Source: Candidatus Yanofskybacteria bacterium RIFCSPLOWO2_02_FULL_41_13 (GTDB lineage: Bacteria; Patescibacteriota; Minisyncoccia; 2-02-FULL-40-12; GWA2-44-9). From it: a stretch of DNA of 64,000 nucleotides. Every line of letters starts with the position of its first letter. Position 1 is the stretch's first letter. The translations under genes and the position numbers were made by a program. The notes under the pieces are model-generated. The model was not told the origin of the DNA, ran no database searches, and saw nothing but the letters and a program-made list of their open reading frames with translations. The stretch is from NCBI GenBank assembly GCA_001795735.1, contig MGKQ01000017.1, positions 3,326 to 67,325 on the forward strand, given 5' to 3'. Positions 39,151 through 48,944 of the stretch are shown piece by piece.

Positions 39151-40149
39151 TTATTTCCAAGAATTAGACCTGCTTAGAAGAGGCTGCCACCATTTGGGGT
39201 TATTCTTATACCAATTTAATGTTTCCTCGAGTCCTTCGTGCCATTTTATTTTTGGTTTCCAGCCAAGTTTTTTCATTTTGGAAGAATCGAGTAAGTATCT
39301 TGAATCGTGGCCGGGCCGATCAGGAACAATCTTTTTTAAGGTTTTAGGCTTTTTTAGGATAGCCAACACATCATCGGCTATATTAGTTACTGTTTTCTCA
39401 AGCCCCGTACCGACATTATAAGTTTCGCCCGCTCTTCCTTTTTCTAAAACTAAATCAATTGCTGAGCAGTGGTCGGAAACATGAATCCATTCTCTTTTAT
39501 TTCCCGAAGACTTAAATACGGGCAGGGGATCGTTCTGTATTGCCCTGATAGCAAAAACTGGAATTACTTTTTCCGGAAACTGATGAGTGCCGTAATTATT
39601 AGCGCAATAGCTTATTGTGACAGGCAAACCAAAGGTGTGATGATATGCCTTGGCTATTAAGTCACCCGAGGCCTTGGCGGCGTTATACGGAGTTCTAGGA
39701 TTATACGGTGACTTCTCAGAAAATTTTGATTTACTTTTAAGCGGTAGCTGGCCAAACACTTCACAAGTTGAGATATGATGAAATCTTTTTACCCCCGCCT
39801 GCCGTGCCGCCTCGAGAAGCACTGCGGTTCCCAACGCATTTGTTCTGGCAAAATCTACTGGAGAACTGACAGCTTTATTATTGTCAGATTCAGCCGCAAA
39901 ATTAACAATACAATCAATCTGATGCTTTTTAAGAACACTACTCATTGCATTATAGTCACCTATATCAGCTTTATAAAAATTATATCTTGAATCATCGGCA
40001 ATATCTCTGACATTTTCAGGATTACCACAATAAGTGAGTAGATCAACATTAACTAGGTTAATGTCTTTATATTTTTTTAGCAGATGGTGAATAAAGTGGC
40101 TACCGATAAATCCGCATCCACCGGTAACTAAAATGTTTTTATAGCTCAT
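39151..40149 (-). CDS. rfbB: dTDP-glucose 4,6-dehydratase-like NAD-dependent SDR
   Basis: 'ILVTGGCGFIGSHF' Rossmann motif. A catalytic YxxxK lies in 'YNAAKASGDLIAKAY'. Confidence 0.75.
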   Translation of the reverse strand: MSYKNILVTGGCGFIGSHFIHHLLKKYKDINLVNVDLLTYCGNPENVRDIADDSRYNFYKADIGDYNAMSSVLKKHQIDCIVNFAAESDNNKAVSSPVDFARTNALGTAVLLEAARQAGVKRFHHISTCEVFGQLPLKSKSKFSEKSPYNPRTPYNAAKASGDLIAKAYHHTFGLPVTISYCANNYGTHQFPEKVIPVFAIRAIQNDPLPVFKSSGNKREWIHVSDHCSAIDLVLEKGRAGETYNVGTGLEKTVTNIADDVLAILKKPKTLKKIVPDRPGHDSRYLLDSSKMKKLGWKPKIKWHEGLEETLNWYKNNPKWWQPLLSRSNSWK

Positions 40150-40341
40150 TGTTTTTTAATAAATTATCAATAAAATTTTCGAGCGGTGTTCGCCAATCAG
40201 TCTCAAGTTGACTATACATAAGTTTCAACGACTTTTCATCAGAAAAACCACTTTCTGCAAGCTTATTTAGCTTCTTTAGTATTCTCTTGTCTTGGTCACT
40301 GTCCAGAATATAAGGTGTTTTTGGATTAGGTGGTATTTTCA
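40139..40341 (-). CDS. small hypothetical protein, about 67 aa
   Basis: This is the 3' part of track ORF 40139..40495. The upstream part of that ORF overlaps tRNA-Cys, so the internal ATG was chosen. Confidence 0.25.
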
Positions 40342-40405
40342 TTGTGAGGTGCAGGCGGGGATTGCACCCGCGAATCGCGGTTTTGTCCCGATTGATAAAA
40401 AATCC

Positions 40406-40480
40406 TGGAGGCGGCAGGGAGAATCGAACTCCCGTATAGTTCTTTTGCAGAGAACTGCCTTGCCACTTGGCTATGCCGCC
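40406..40480 (-). tRNA. tRNA-Cys (GCA)
   Basis: Cloverleaf with anticodon GCA. CCA is encoded. Flanked on both sides by partial copies of the palindromic element. Confidence 0.8.
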
Positions 40481-40490
40481 AAGATTTTTT

Positions 40491-40549
40491 ATCAATCGCG
40501 GATCCTCGATTTCTATTTAAATCTTAATATATCTACAGAAATCGGGACA
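40491..40549. repeat. palindromic element copy beside tRNA-Cys; a partial copy also lies at 40365-40396
   Basis: 'atcaatcgcggatcctcgatttc...gaaatcgggacag' shares the core with the recG and leuS copies. Confidence 0.6.
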
Positions 40550-40649
40550 GATGGTCGCGTTACTACTTCGCCACTGCACCATATTTTATATTACCACTTG
40601 CCTGCCCGCCGAAGCTTTAGCGAAGGCGGGGCTATGCCGCCATGAACTT

Positions 40650-42197
40650 CTAAACATTCCTTAATATCTTCTCCTCGTCATAAATCTCCAGCGTGTCGCC
40701 CTCTTTTATATCCCAATCAGACTGACCGGGTAATTTTTCGAATTTAAGACCGCATTCTGAGCCTTCCTTAACCTCACCCACGTCTTCTTTATTGTACTGA
40801 AGCTGAGTTATTCTACCGCTTAACAGCTTAGCGTTATTGCGCATAACATCGGCCAGTGCTCCTCTTCTAACTTTGCCGGAAGTGACTTTACCACCCACGA
40901 TTTGAAATCTGTTCTCAGTTTTAAAAACCGCCAGAATCTTAATTCTGCCCAACGTTACTCTTTTTATTTCAGGTTCAAGGAGATTAGACAGTTCTTTTCT
41001 TATGTACTCGACCAAGTCATAGATAATATCAAATGTAGAAATTTTAACATTTTCTTTTTCGGCTAACTTTGTAACGGAACTATCGGCTATAACTCTGAAT
41101 CCGACAATCTGGGCAGATGAGCCTATCGCCATTTTTACATCGCCCTCCGATATGTTGCCAATATCGTAATTAACCACCCGACAGACAACTTCTTTAGCAT
41201 TAATTACTCCCAAGGTAGATTCGATTGCTTCTAGAGAGCTTGAAACATCCGATTTAAAAATAATATTAAGATATTTTTTAGTACCATCTTCGGGCAGAGC
41301 GTCTTTAGATGCTCCCTTAAAGAGTTGAAACAGGGGAGCTGAGTCGGTATTGCTTCCTGCAATAATATCAGCTTCTTCTCTGGATGTTGATGCTTTAAAT
41401 TCTTTGCCGATACCGGGAGATGTCGGCCAGCCTAATATCTGGATCGGTTGAGACGGCGTTGCCTCATCAACCTGCTTGGCCAGAAAGTCTTCCATCATTT
41501 TGATTTTACCGACAATCGTGCCGACGACTATCCAATCGCCGGTTTTTAATATGCCTTTTTGAACAAGAGCTGTAGCGACATGACCTTTTCTCTTATCAAG
41601 ATGTGATTCAATAATTATTCCTGTCGCCGGCACGGAAATATCCTCTTCAAAATTCTCAAGCTCAGCTACAAGAAGAACCATCTCGAGTAATTCGTCTATA
41701 TTTTTATTTTGTTTAGCTGATATTTCAACTAAGGGAACTTTTCCTCCCCACTCCTCAACTAAAATATTTTCCGAGGCAAGATCTTGTTTTACTTTTTGAA
41801 CGTTTGCCCCGTCTTTATCTATTTTATTAACCGCAACAACAACCGGAATTTTTTCTTCATTAATAATACGGATAGCTTCCTTAGTCTGGGGTTTCACGCT
41901 TTCATCAGCGGCTACAACAAGGATAGCGATGTCGGCAACTTTAACTCCCCGAGATCTAATTGCGGCAAACGCCTCGTGCCCGGGCGTATCCAAAAAAGTA
42001 ATTGTTTTGCCCTTTATTTCCGTTTGATAAGCACCGATATGCTGAGTAATGCCGCCCGACTCTTTTTCTGCAATTTTAGTTTTTCTAATAGTGTCAAGCA
42101 GGCTGGTTTTGCCATGATCGACGTGACCTAAAACAACCACCACCGGCGGCCTGGTCTTTGGAACACTGCTTTTAGTATGGTTTTCATTCTCGGGCAT
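40650..42197 (-). CDS. infB: translation initiation factor IF-2, short form
   Basis: G domain 'VVVVLGHVDHGKTSLLD', 'DTPGHEAF' and 'NKIDK', followed by C-terminal beta-barrel domains. Confidence 0.9.
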   Translation of the reverse strand: MPENENHTKSSVPKTRPPVVVVLGHVDHGKTSLLDTIRKTKIAEKESGGITQHIGAYQTEIKGKTITFLDTPGHEAFAAIRSRGVKVADIAILVVAADESVKPQTKEAIRIINEEKIPVVVAVNKIDKDGANVQKVKQDLASENILVEEWGGKVPLVEISAKQNKNIDELLEMVLLVAELENFEEDISVPATGIIIESHLDKRKGHVATALVQKGILKTGDWIVVGTIVGKIKMMEDFLAKQVDEATPSQPIQILGWPTSPGIGKEFKASTSREEADIIAGSNTDSAPLFQLFKGASKDALPEDGTKKYLNIIFKSDVSSSLEAIESTLGVINAKEVVCRVVNYDIGNISEGDVKMAIGSSAQIVGFRVIADSSVTKLAEKENVKISTFDIIYDLVEYIRKELSNLLEPEIKRVTLGRIKILAVFKTENRFQIVGGKVTSGKVRRGALADVMRNNAKLLSGRITQLQYNKEDVGEVKEGSECGLKFEKLPGQSDWDIKEGDTLEIYDEEKILRNV

Positions 42198-42408
42198 CTC
42201 AGTAAGATTACTTCGAATTACGCCTTAAATAATTTTTAGAAAAGACAAAATTATTCGAAATAACCACTAACCATAGATCAAGCCCAAAATTACCTTGAGG
42301 CATCATAAAAATCTATTCAAACGTAGCTCCACTGGGCATGCCAAAAGTCTAGCATTTTTCTAGCTTTTTTACAAACTAAGAACACCCTTTCGCGGCAGGT
42401 CTAATTGC

Positions 42409-42570
42409 CTATTTTATGATGAGTCTCACTATCACCATTCCCACATATATGCTAACCACACCGAGAACTCCGCCTAAAACCGACGGTGCCGGTATGGGCA
42501 GTCTAAATAAAGAGAATATTATCCCAACCGTTAGGCCGACCGCGATTGATTTAAGTATTTCTGCCATCAT
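42409..42570 (-). CDS. small membrane protein, XapX-like, 53 aa, absent from the ORF track
   Basis: 'MMAEILKSIAVGLTVGIIFSLFRLPIPAPSVLGGVLGVVSIYVG' resembles XapX-domain peptides. Confidence 0.4.
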   Translation of the reverse strand: MMAEILKSIAVGLTVGIIFSLFRLPIPAPSVLGGVLGVVSIYVGMVIVRLIIK

Positions 42571-42902
42571 TATTTAATATACCACTTTTTGTTTAATACT
42601 TCTTTAGGTCTAAGACTATTTTTGCAAAAGTATCTGGCCGTCATTGACTGCCGTTCCGTAGCTTAAGAGAATATTTTTGGGCAATATCCAGGTTCTTTTC
42701 GGCATTTGGTTCATTTTTTACTTCCTCGTTCCGGCCGGTTAGGGCTGAGTACAAAGAGTTGATTAAATTCCATGTTTAATTATAAATTCAAAAAGCTATT
42801 TAATATAATGAGATTATCAACAGATGGTCAGTTTTTTTATTGCAATAATTTACGATTCGAGTAGTTTAGTGATAAGGACAGGAACATTAAAAAGGATTTA
42901 AT

Positions 42903-44057
42903 ATGAAAGAAGAGAGAGACGATCCGATAGAAAGTTACCTTAAACCCAGATTAGCTAAGTTCGGGATAGCTCTTGGCAGGGGATTTCTTCCGCCAACAGA
43001 TCCTTTAACCTTGATGCCGGGCGAGTTCGGCTACTTAGATGTTTTTGGTAAGCAGATTCCTGATTTGCTTGAATCGGGAAACATTATCCAAGCGGCCAAA
43101 TCTCTACCCCTGCCTTCACAAAATGCCTTAGCCGTTCTTAGTCGGGCTGAAAAAGACAGGGCGATGATGATTTACGGTTTCGGGGCAAGTGCAGTTGTTC
43201 ACTCAACTAATCCGCCCCAGACCGTGATACCAAGACAAATTGCTGAACCTCTCTGCCGGCTTTCAAATGACTTTGGCAAAAAACCGATTCTTTCCTACTA
43301 TTCATACTCTTCGTCTAACTGGAGAAGGATTAATCCGGCAAATGACATAGCGCTCGGCAATATTGAACTTCTTCAGAATTTTGTGAAGGCCTATGACGAG
43401 GATTGGTTTATTTTAGTCCATGCGGCCATTGAGAAAAAAGCGGCTCTTGTGGTTGAAGGGGGGATTTTAGCCGCCGATATTGCTAAAGCAAGCAATACTC
43501 ATCTTCTTTGGCATGCATTATCAGATGTGAGTTCGGCCATTTGGGGAATGACGGTAGTCTTAAAGAGAATGCCCGAGCATTGCTCTCCGGATGTTTACTA
43601 TAAAACAGTTCGTCCGTGGATAATGCCTTTTAGCGATGTCGTTTTTGAAGGCGTCAGAGATGATCCGATAAAAGTATTGAGAGGTGAAACCGGCGCTCAA
43701 AGCCTGATCATCCCCTTTCTCGTTGCGTTACTGGGCATAAAACACGGGCAAACAGGACTGACTAACCATCTTATGGATATGCGTGATTACATGCCCCCCG
43801 GACACAGGATATTAGTTGAAGAAATGGAAAAAATCTCGATTATACGAAACTTGATAATCAAAACAGGCTTCAGGAATTTAGTAGAAATTTATAATGAATG
43901 TCTTGAAATGCTTTATGAATTCAGAGCTTTACATTACGAATACGCCATAACTTACATTCATAAGAAAACTGATAATCCTGAAGGAACCGGTAAAACTCCG
44001 TTCATGGAATGGTTAAAACAGCTGATGAACGAGACGCTGGAGCATAAAATAACTTAA
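42903..44057 (+). CDS. indoleamine 2,3-dioxygenase (IDO)-like heme dioxygenase
   Basis: 'GETGAQSLIIPFLVALLGI' matches IDO1 'GGSAGQSSVFQCFDVLLGI'. 'RDYMPPGHR' matches 'RRYMPPAHR'. A proximal His lies in 'ALHYEY'. 'EGTGKTPFMEWLK' matches 'KGTGGTDLMNFLK'. Confidence 0.7.
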   Translation: MKEERDDPIESYLKPRLAKFGIALGRGFLPPTDPLTLMPGEFGYLDVFGKQIPDLLESGNIIQAAKSLPLPSQNALAVLSRAEKDRAMMIYGFGASAVVHSTNPPQTVIPRQIAEPLCRLSNDFGKKPILSYYSYSSSNWRRINPANDIALGNIELLQNFVKAYDEDWFILVHAAIEKKAALVVEGGILAADIAKASNTHLLWHALSDVSSAIWGMTVVLKRMPEHCSPDVYYKTVRPWIMPFSDVVFEGVRDDPIKVLRGETGAQSLIIPFLVALLGIKHGQTGLTNHLMDMRDYMPPGHRILVEEMEKISIIRNLIIKTGFRNLVEIYNECLEMLYEFRALHYEYAITYIHKKTDNPEGTGKTPFMEWLKQLMNETLEHKIT

Positions 44058-44124
44058 ACGGCTAAAGCCGTTTTTTGGTTGAAAAAACCCAATTATGTGT
44101 TAAAATTAATTATCTAATTATTTT

Positions 44125-44199
44125 GTCGGTGTAGCTCAGTGGTAGAGCACTTCCCTCATAAAGAAGTTGTCGCAGGTTCGATCCCTGCCACCGACACCA
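44125..44199 (+). tRNA. tRNA-Met/Ile2 (CAU), elongator type
   Basis: Cloverleaf. Anticodon loop cuCAUaa. CCA is encoded. The 1-72 pair is paired, so this is not initiator-like. Confidence 0.75.
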
Positions 44200-44210
44200 C
44201 ATCTGATGCA

Positions 44211-45491
44211 ATGAAAACAACTTTTAACCACAATTTTCACAAATTTGATTCAGGTTTACGCCTGATTACTATTCCCATGCCGTCGACAAAAACGGCGACG
44301 GTTTTTGTTTTAGTTGGAACTGGTTCCAAGTATGAAGCTAAAAATATAAACGGCATTTCGCATTTTCTTGAGCATATGATGTTTAAGGGAACGGAAAAAA
44401 GGCCGGGAACGATGGATATTGCCAGAGAGCTCGATTCTATCGGTGCCGAATATAATGCTTTCACTGGCAAGGAGTATACCGGCTACTATGCTAAAGCCAG
44501 CGCTGAGAAGTTGGATACGGTAATGGACGTCGTATTTGATATTTTTCTTAACTCAAAGTTATCAGAAGAGGAGATAGCTATTGAAAAGGGAGTTATTGTT
44601 GAGGAAATAAACATGTATCGAGATTTACCTCAGCGCCATGTCGGAGATCTGATCGAGGAGCTTTTATATGGCAATCAGCCGGCCGGATGGACTATTACCG
44701 GCGAAAAAGAAATTGTCATCGGTCTCAAGCGTGACGACTTTGTTAATTATTTTAATTCTCACTATGTTGCCGAGAACACAATCGTTGCCATAGCTGGCAG
44801 TGTTGATCCAGAAGAGGTTAAGAATAAGGTTGAAAAATATTTTAAGAACATTCGTCACGGTAAATTAATCGGCAAGCCGGCGGTAAAAGAGGAACAAAAT
44901 GAGCTAAAACTGCTTCTTAACTTCAAAGAAACCGACCAGTCTCATTTTATTTTAGCATTTAGATCTTTCGATATATTTGATGAGAGAAAATATGCCTTAG
45001 CCGTTTTAGCTAAAGTGTTGGGCGGAGGAATGGCTTCAAGGTTGTTCTATGAAGTCAGAGAGAGAAGAGGGTTGGCTTACTATGTCAGGGCAGAGGCGAA
45101 TCCTTATACTGACAGCGGTTATCTTGCCATTAGTGCTGGAGTGAATAACGAAAAAGCTCCGGAGGCGATAAAGGTTATTTTAGCTGAGGCAAACAAAATA
45201 AAGGAGAGTGGTATTACCGATAAAGAGCTTCAAGGGGCCAAAGACAATGCTGAGGGAGGGATGGCTTTGAGCTTAGAACATTCTGATGGAGTAGCGATGA
45301 ATTATGCCGATTCAATTTTATTCCATAAGAAGGTTTTGACCCCGGAGGAAGAACTCGGTAAAATAAAGAGAGTAACCATTGAGGATGTTCATGGGGTGGC
45401 CAAGGATATCTTTAGCAATAAGGGATTAAATCTAGCCCTTATCGGACCGTTTAAAGACGAGGACAAATTTAAAGAAATTTTAAAACTTTAA
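44211..45491 (+). CDS. M16-family (pitrilysin/insulinase-like) zinc peptidase
   Basis: Inverted zinc motif 'HFLEHMMFKGT'. The track ORF start lies inside the tRNA, so the ATG at 44211 was chosen. Confidence 0.75.
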   Translation: MKTTFNHNFHKFDSGLRLITIPMPSTKTATVFVLVGTGSKYEAKNINGISHFLEHMMFKGTEKRPGTMDIARELDSIGAEYNAFTGKEYTGYYAKASAEKLDTVMDVVFDIFLNSKLSEEEIAIEKGVIVEEINMYRDLPQRHVGDLIEELLYGNQPAGWTITGEKEIVIGLKRDDFVNYFNSHYVAENTIVAIAGSVDPEEVKNKVEKYFKNIRHGKLIGKPAVKEEQNELKLLLNFKETDQSHFILAFRSFDIFDERKYALAVLAKVLGGGMASRLFYEVRERRGLAYYVRAEANPYTDSGYLAISAGVNNEKAPEAIKVILAEANKIKESGITDKELQGAKDNAEGGMALSLEHSDGVAMNYADSILFHKKVLTPEEELGKIKRVTIEDVHGVAKDIFSNKGLNLALIGPFKDEDKFKEILKL

Positions 45492-45513
45492 TTTATCGGA
45501 ACTTACGACTGAC

Positions 45514-46578
45514 GTGCCAAACGAACACATTCACGTACAACTAAATACCAACACCATTTTAAGAGGAATACTCTGGATTGTTTTCTTTATACTGCTGTAT
45601 GTTCTGAAGGACGTAATAATTATATTTCTTTTTGCAATTATTATAGCTTCATCAATATCGCCGTTTGCCAACTGGCTGGATTCAAAAGGGCTTCCTCGTT
45701 TGTTCGGAGTCTTGGGCCTCTATCTGTTGGTTTTAGGATCAATTGTTTTCGTACTTTCTCTAGTGGTGCCGTATATTGCTGAAGAAGTTTCTCAATTATC
45801 AACTACGCTCCCCAACATTGTTCAAAGGCTATCAAGCTCGCTTGAGGATGTTCAACAGGGATCGCCTCAGTATTTTGATTTTGTCAGCGAGATACAGAAC
45901 ATGCTTGATACTTTTTCTGTCTATCTTCAGCAATCATCGCAGTCTGTTCTAAGCTTAGTTGTCAGTATTTTTGGAGGAGTGTTATCGTTTATCGCAATAA
46001 TCATAATTTCTTTTTATCTTGCAGTGATGAAGCGGGGGATAGAAAGTTTTATAGAATCGGTAGTTCCGGCGCGTCAGGAAGCTTATGTTATGGATCTATG
46101 GAAAAGGTCAGAAGCCAAAGTCGGACGCTGGATTCAGGGCCAATTGCTCCTAGCTCTCATAGTCGGCTTAACCGTATATATCGGCCTCTCTTTGATGGGT
46201 ATTAAGTTTGCTCTTGTTCTGGGTATTCTGGCTATGGCTTTTGAAATAGTTCCGATTGTCGGTCCGGTATTGGCGGCTATTCCGGCGGTTTTCTTTGCTT
46301 TTTTACAGGATCCGGGACTGGGCTTATGGGTTATAATTTTTTACATACTTGTTCAGCAGTTGGAAAATCACCTGTTAGTTCCGGTAGTATTAGGCAAAAC
46401 AACCGGGCTAAATCCCGTAGTTGTCATTATGGCGTTGTTAATCGGCAACCAGATTGCCGGGATTTCTGGAATGGTGCTGTCTGTTCCAATCGCAACTGTA
46501 ATCGTTGAGATGCTGGAAGATTTGGCAAAACATAAGGAAGAGGCGAAACATAATGGCACCACACCGGTGGTGCAATGA
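45514..46578 (+). CDS. AI-2E family transporter (PerM/YhhT-like)
   Basis: Eight TM-segment pattern. Conserved C-terminal 'LVPVVLGKTTGLNPVVVIMALLIG'. Confidence 0.7.
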   Translation: MPNEHIHVQLNTNTILRGILWIVFFILLYVLKDVIIIFLFAIIIASSISPFANWLDSKGLPRLFGVLGLYLLVLGSIVFVLSLVVPYIAEEVSQLSTTLPNIVQRLSSSLEDVQQGSPQYFDFVSEIQNMLDTFSVYLQQSSQSVLSLVVSIFGGVLSFIAIIIISFYLAVMKRGIESFIESVVPARQEAYVMDLWKRSEAKVGRWIQGQLLLALIVGLTVYIGLSLMGIKFALVLGILAMAFEIVPIVGPVLAAIPAVFFAFLQDPGLGLWVIIFYILVQQLENHLLVPVVLGKTTGLNPVVVIMALLIGNQIAGISGMVLSVPIATVIVEMLEDLAKHKEEAKHNGTTPVVQ

Positions 46579-46683
46579 CCAATTTCCAATTTCCAATTTC
46601 CAATGAATTTTCAATAGTTCAATGTTCTAAACAATTAAAGCATTGGTAAATTGATATATTCAATGAAAATTGAGAATTGGTAA

Positions 46684-47397
46684 TTGAAAATTACGATGTT
46701 ATACATCGTAGCTACTCCGATAGGAAATCTAGAAGACATTACTCTGCGGGCTATCAGCGTACTGGGGTCCGCTGATTTTATTTTGGCCGAAGACACGAGG
46801 GTTACCCGAGTATTATTAGATAGGTATAATATAAGGGTGCCTGTTATTTCTTATCACCAGCATAGCAAAATACAGAAAGTCGATCACATTATTGACCTGT
46901 TAAGAGAAGACAAGAAGCTTGCCCTTGTAACTGATGCCGGAACGCCGGGGATAAATGATCCGGGTAATTTCCTGGTCAGCAAGGTATTGGAGGCATTGTC
47001 AGATTGCAAAGTTGTTCCTATTCCCGGACCCAATGCGGCGATAACCGCTTTGAGTGTAAGCGGGTTTCCGATGGATAAGTTTGTGTATCTTGGATTTCCC
47101 CCTCATAAAAAAGGTCGGCAGACATTTTTTAAAAGAATTGGCCAGATTGAAGAAACTGTGGTATTCTATGAATCCAAATACAGGGTGATGAAAGCCTTAG
47201 AAGAATTAAGGGGGGTGTCTAAAATAGAGAGTAGGTCAGTAATGATTGCCCGTGAGCTGACTAAGCAATTTGAAACAATATATCGTGGAACACTTGATCA
47301 GATTGAGATGGAGATGAAAGCCAACAAAAACAGCACGCTAGGCGAGTTTGTGGTGGTGATTAGTCCGAGAGGAAAAAATAATAGGGAAGAATCTTAG
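46684..47397 (+). CDS. rsmI: 16S rRNA (cytidine1402-2'-O)-methyltransferase
   Basis: 'LYIVATPIGNLEDITLRAISVLGSADFILAEDTRVT'. Confidence 0.8.
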   Translation: MKITMLYIVATPIGNLEDITLRAISVLGSADFILAEDTRVTRVLLDRYNIRVPVISYHQHSKIQKVDHIIDLLREDKKLALVTDAGTPGINDPGNFLVSKVLEALSDCKVVPIPGPNAAITALSVSGFPMDKFVYLGFPPHKKGRQTFFKRIGQIEETVVFYESKYRVMKALEELRGVSKIESRSVMIARELTKQFETIYRGTLDQIEMEMKANKNSTLGEFVVVISPRGKNNREES

Positions 47398-47583
47398 TTT
47401 AGAATGCAGCTGGCTTAGTCAAATTCAAGGCAAAATTGAGCAAGAGAAGATTTTAACGAAGATGTTGGCTAAGAGTGTACTGCCGTAATCGAGCCTGGCT
47501 CGATGGCAAAGCGATTAGCAAGTTATAATGAATAAATATTTTATCTCAACTGCGATACCTTGCCAAGTCTGGTAAATTAAAAA

Positions 47584-48486
47584 ATGATAATCTCTGCTCC
47601 TGAAAATATATCAGATTTTTTAAAATCACGAGACTCATTTCTAATTGTCAAAGATAAAAAAACAGAGTTTCGGGTACTGGATAAAGATCCCAGGCATATT
47701 AGCTTCGATGGTAGTTTCAAGTTGATGACTATTTCTGCAAAAGGAATTGCCAATCTCAGCAATTACTATAATCAGATCGGCCTTTTGCAGGTATATTATA
47801 GATTTTTAGGAACGCAATCTATTGAGGATGATATATTCTTGCTTCATGGTTCAGCAGCGATATCTAATAATGGCAGAACTGTTTTATTCGGAGATAGCGG
47901 ACGTTCAATAGGCAAAACATTGTCTTCAATGGAGCTGGCTCGTCTAAGCAGTCAATACATCGCTGACGAGTTTGTGTTTTTTGACATCAACTCTTTTGAG
48001 ATTTTTTCAGATGACAATATTCCGATACATGCCCGACAAAAAACAGTGGACCATTTTGCCAAAGAACACGGTATGGTTATAACCAATGAGTTTTTTGATA
48101 AGCAAGAGTTGGGCTGGAAATTTATAAAAAAAGCAGGATTGGATTTAATTGTGTACGTTAACTTTTCCGAAGGCAAGGAGGGCCTAGAAGAATTGTCCAC
48201 TGATATTGCCGCAAAATACGCCATGGTTACACTATCCGCCCATTTAGAGAAGATGCTTAATCCAAGCCTCGATCGATTTCAGTTCGACTCCCAAAAGGAC
48301 ATGGTCAATATGGATAATAGTCAGTTTGAGAAAGCTAGACAAAAAGTAATCTTTGATAGGCTGAGCTCGCGGCTTAAAGATGCTTCTTTAAAAATTGGGC
48401 ATAATATTCCTAGTTTTGAGTTGTCCGTAAAGACCCCTTGCAGTGTCCCGCTTTATATTGATACTATTACTAGCAAGAATAGATAA
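47584..48486 (+). CDS. HprK-C-like P-loop kinase-domain protein
   Basis: 'LLHGSAAISNNGRTVLFGDSGRSIGKTLSSMELARL' resembles the HPr kinase/phosphorylase C-domain P-loop (GDSGxGKS). Confidence 0.45.
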   Translation: MIISAPENISDFLKSRDSFLIVKDKKTEFRVLDKDPRHISFDGSFKLMTISAKGIANLSNYYNQIGLLQVYYRFLGTQSIEDDIFLLHGSAAISNNGRTVLFGDSGRSIGKTLSSMELARLSSQYIADEFVFFDINSFEIFSDDNIPIHARQKTVDHFAKEHGMVITNEFFDKQELGWKFIKKAGLDLIVYVNFSEGKEGLEELSTDIAAKYAMVTLSAHLEKMLNPSLDRFQFDSQKDMVNMDNSQFEKARQKVIFDRLSSRLKDASLKIGHNIPSFELSVKTPCSVPLYIDTITSKNR

Positions 48487-48507
48487 ATTAATTAATTTAC
48501 ATATACA

Positions 48508-48921
48508 ATGAGCAGCAAAAATAGGGCAGTAATTATTATAATAAATGACGATAAAATCCTTCTCTTGTATCGTCTTAAAAATGGGGAAGAATATTATGTA
48601 TTTCCTGGCGGTGGAGTTGAGGATGGAGAGTCAGTCCTGGATGCAGTTGTCAGGGAGGCAAAGGAAGAAACTGGTCTCGATGTAACGATAAAACTAAAGC
48701 TGTGGGAATATGAGAATAAAGATAGGGTAGAGCATTTCTTTCTGGCTGATAAGTTTAGCGGGGAATTAAAGATTGGTGGCCCTGAAGAAACAAGGCAGTC
48801 GGCAGATAATGTCTATCGACTCGAATGGGTGGCGCTTGATAAGGTTAGTGACTTAAAGTTAGTTCCGGAAGAGATGAAAACCAAAGTATTAAAGGAGCTT
48901 CTTGCTCAAGAATCTTCTTAA
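48508..48921 (+). CDS. NUDIX hydrolase
   Basis: NUDIX box 'GGGVEDGESVLDAVVREAKEETGL'. Confidence 0.75.
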   Translation: MSSKNRAVIIIINDDKILLLYRLKNGEEYYVFPGGGVEDGESVLDAVVREAKEETGLDVTIKLKLWEYENKDRVEHFFLADKFSGELKIGGPEETRQSADNVYRLEWVALDKVSDLKLVPEEMKTKVLKELLAQESS

Positions 48922-48944
48922 TAAAAATTTCTTAGAGAAGGATC

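Noticed and set aside
40292-40645. A plus-strand 117-aa ORF crosses tRNA-Cys and the palindromic repeats.
   Set aside because: It overlaps a confidently folded tRNA on the opposite strand and consists of repeat-element sequence. It is an ORF-finder artefact.
44139-44210. The track ORF for the M16 peptidase starts inside tRNA-Met.
   Set aside because: The first 24 codons overlap the tRNA. The internal ATG at 44211 gives a sensible N-terminus, so the gene was trimmed.
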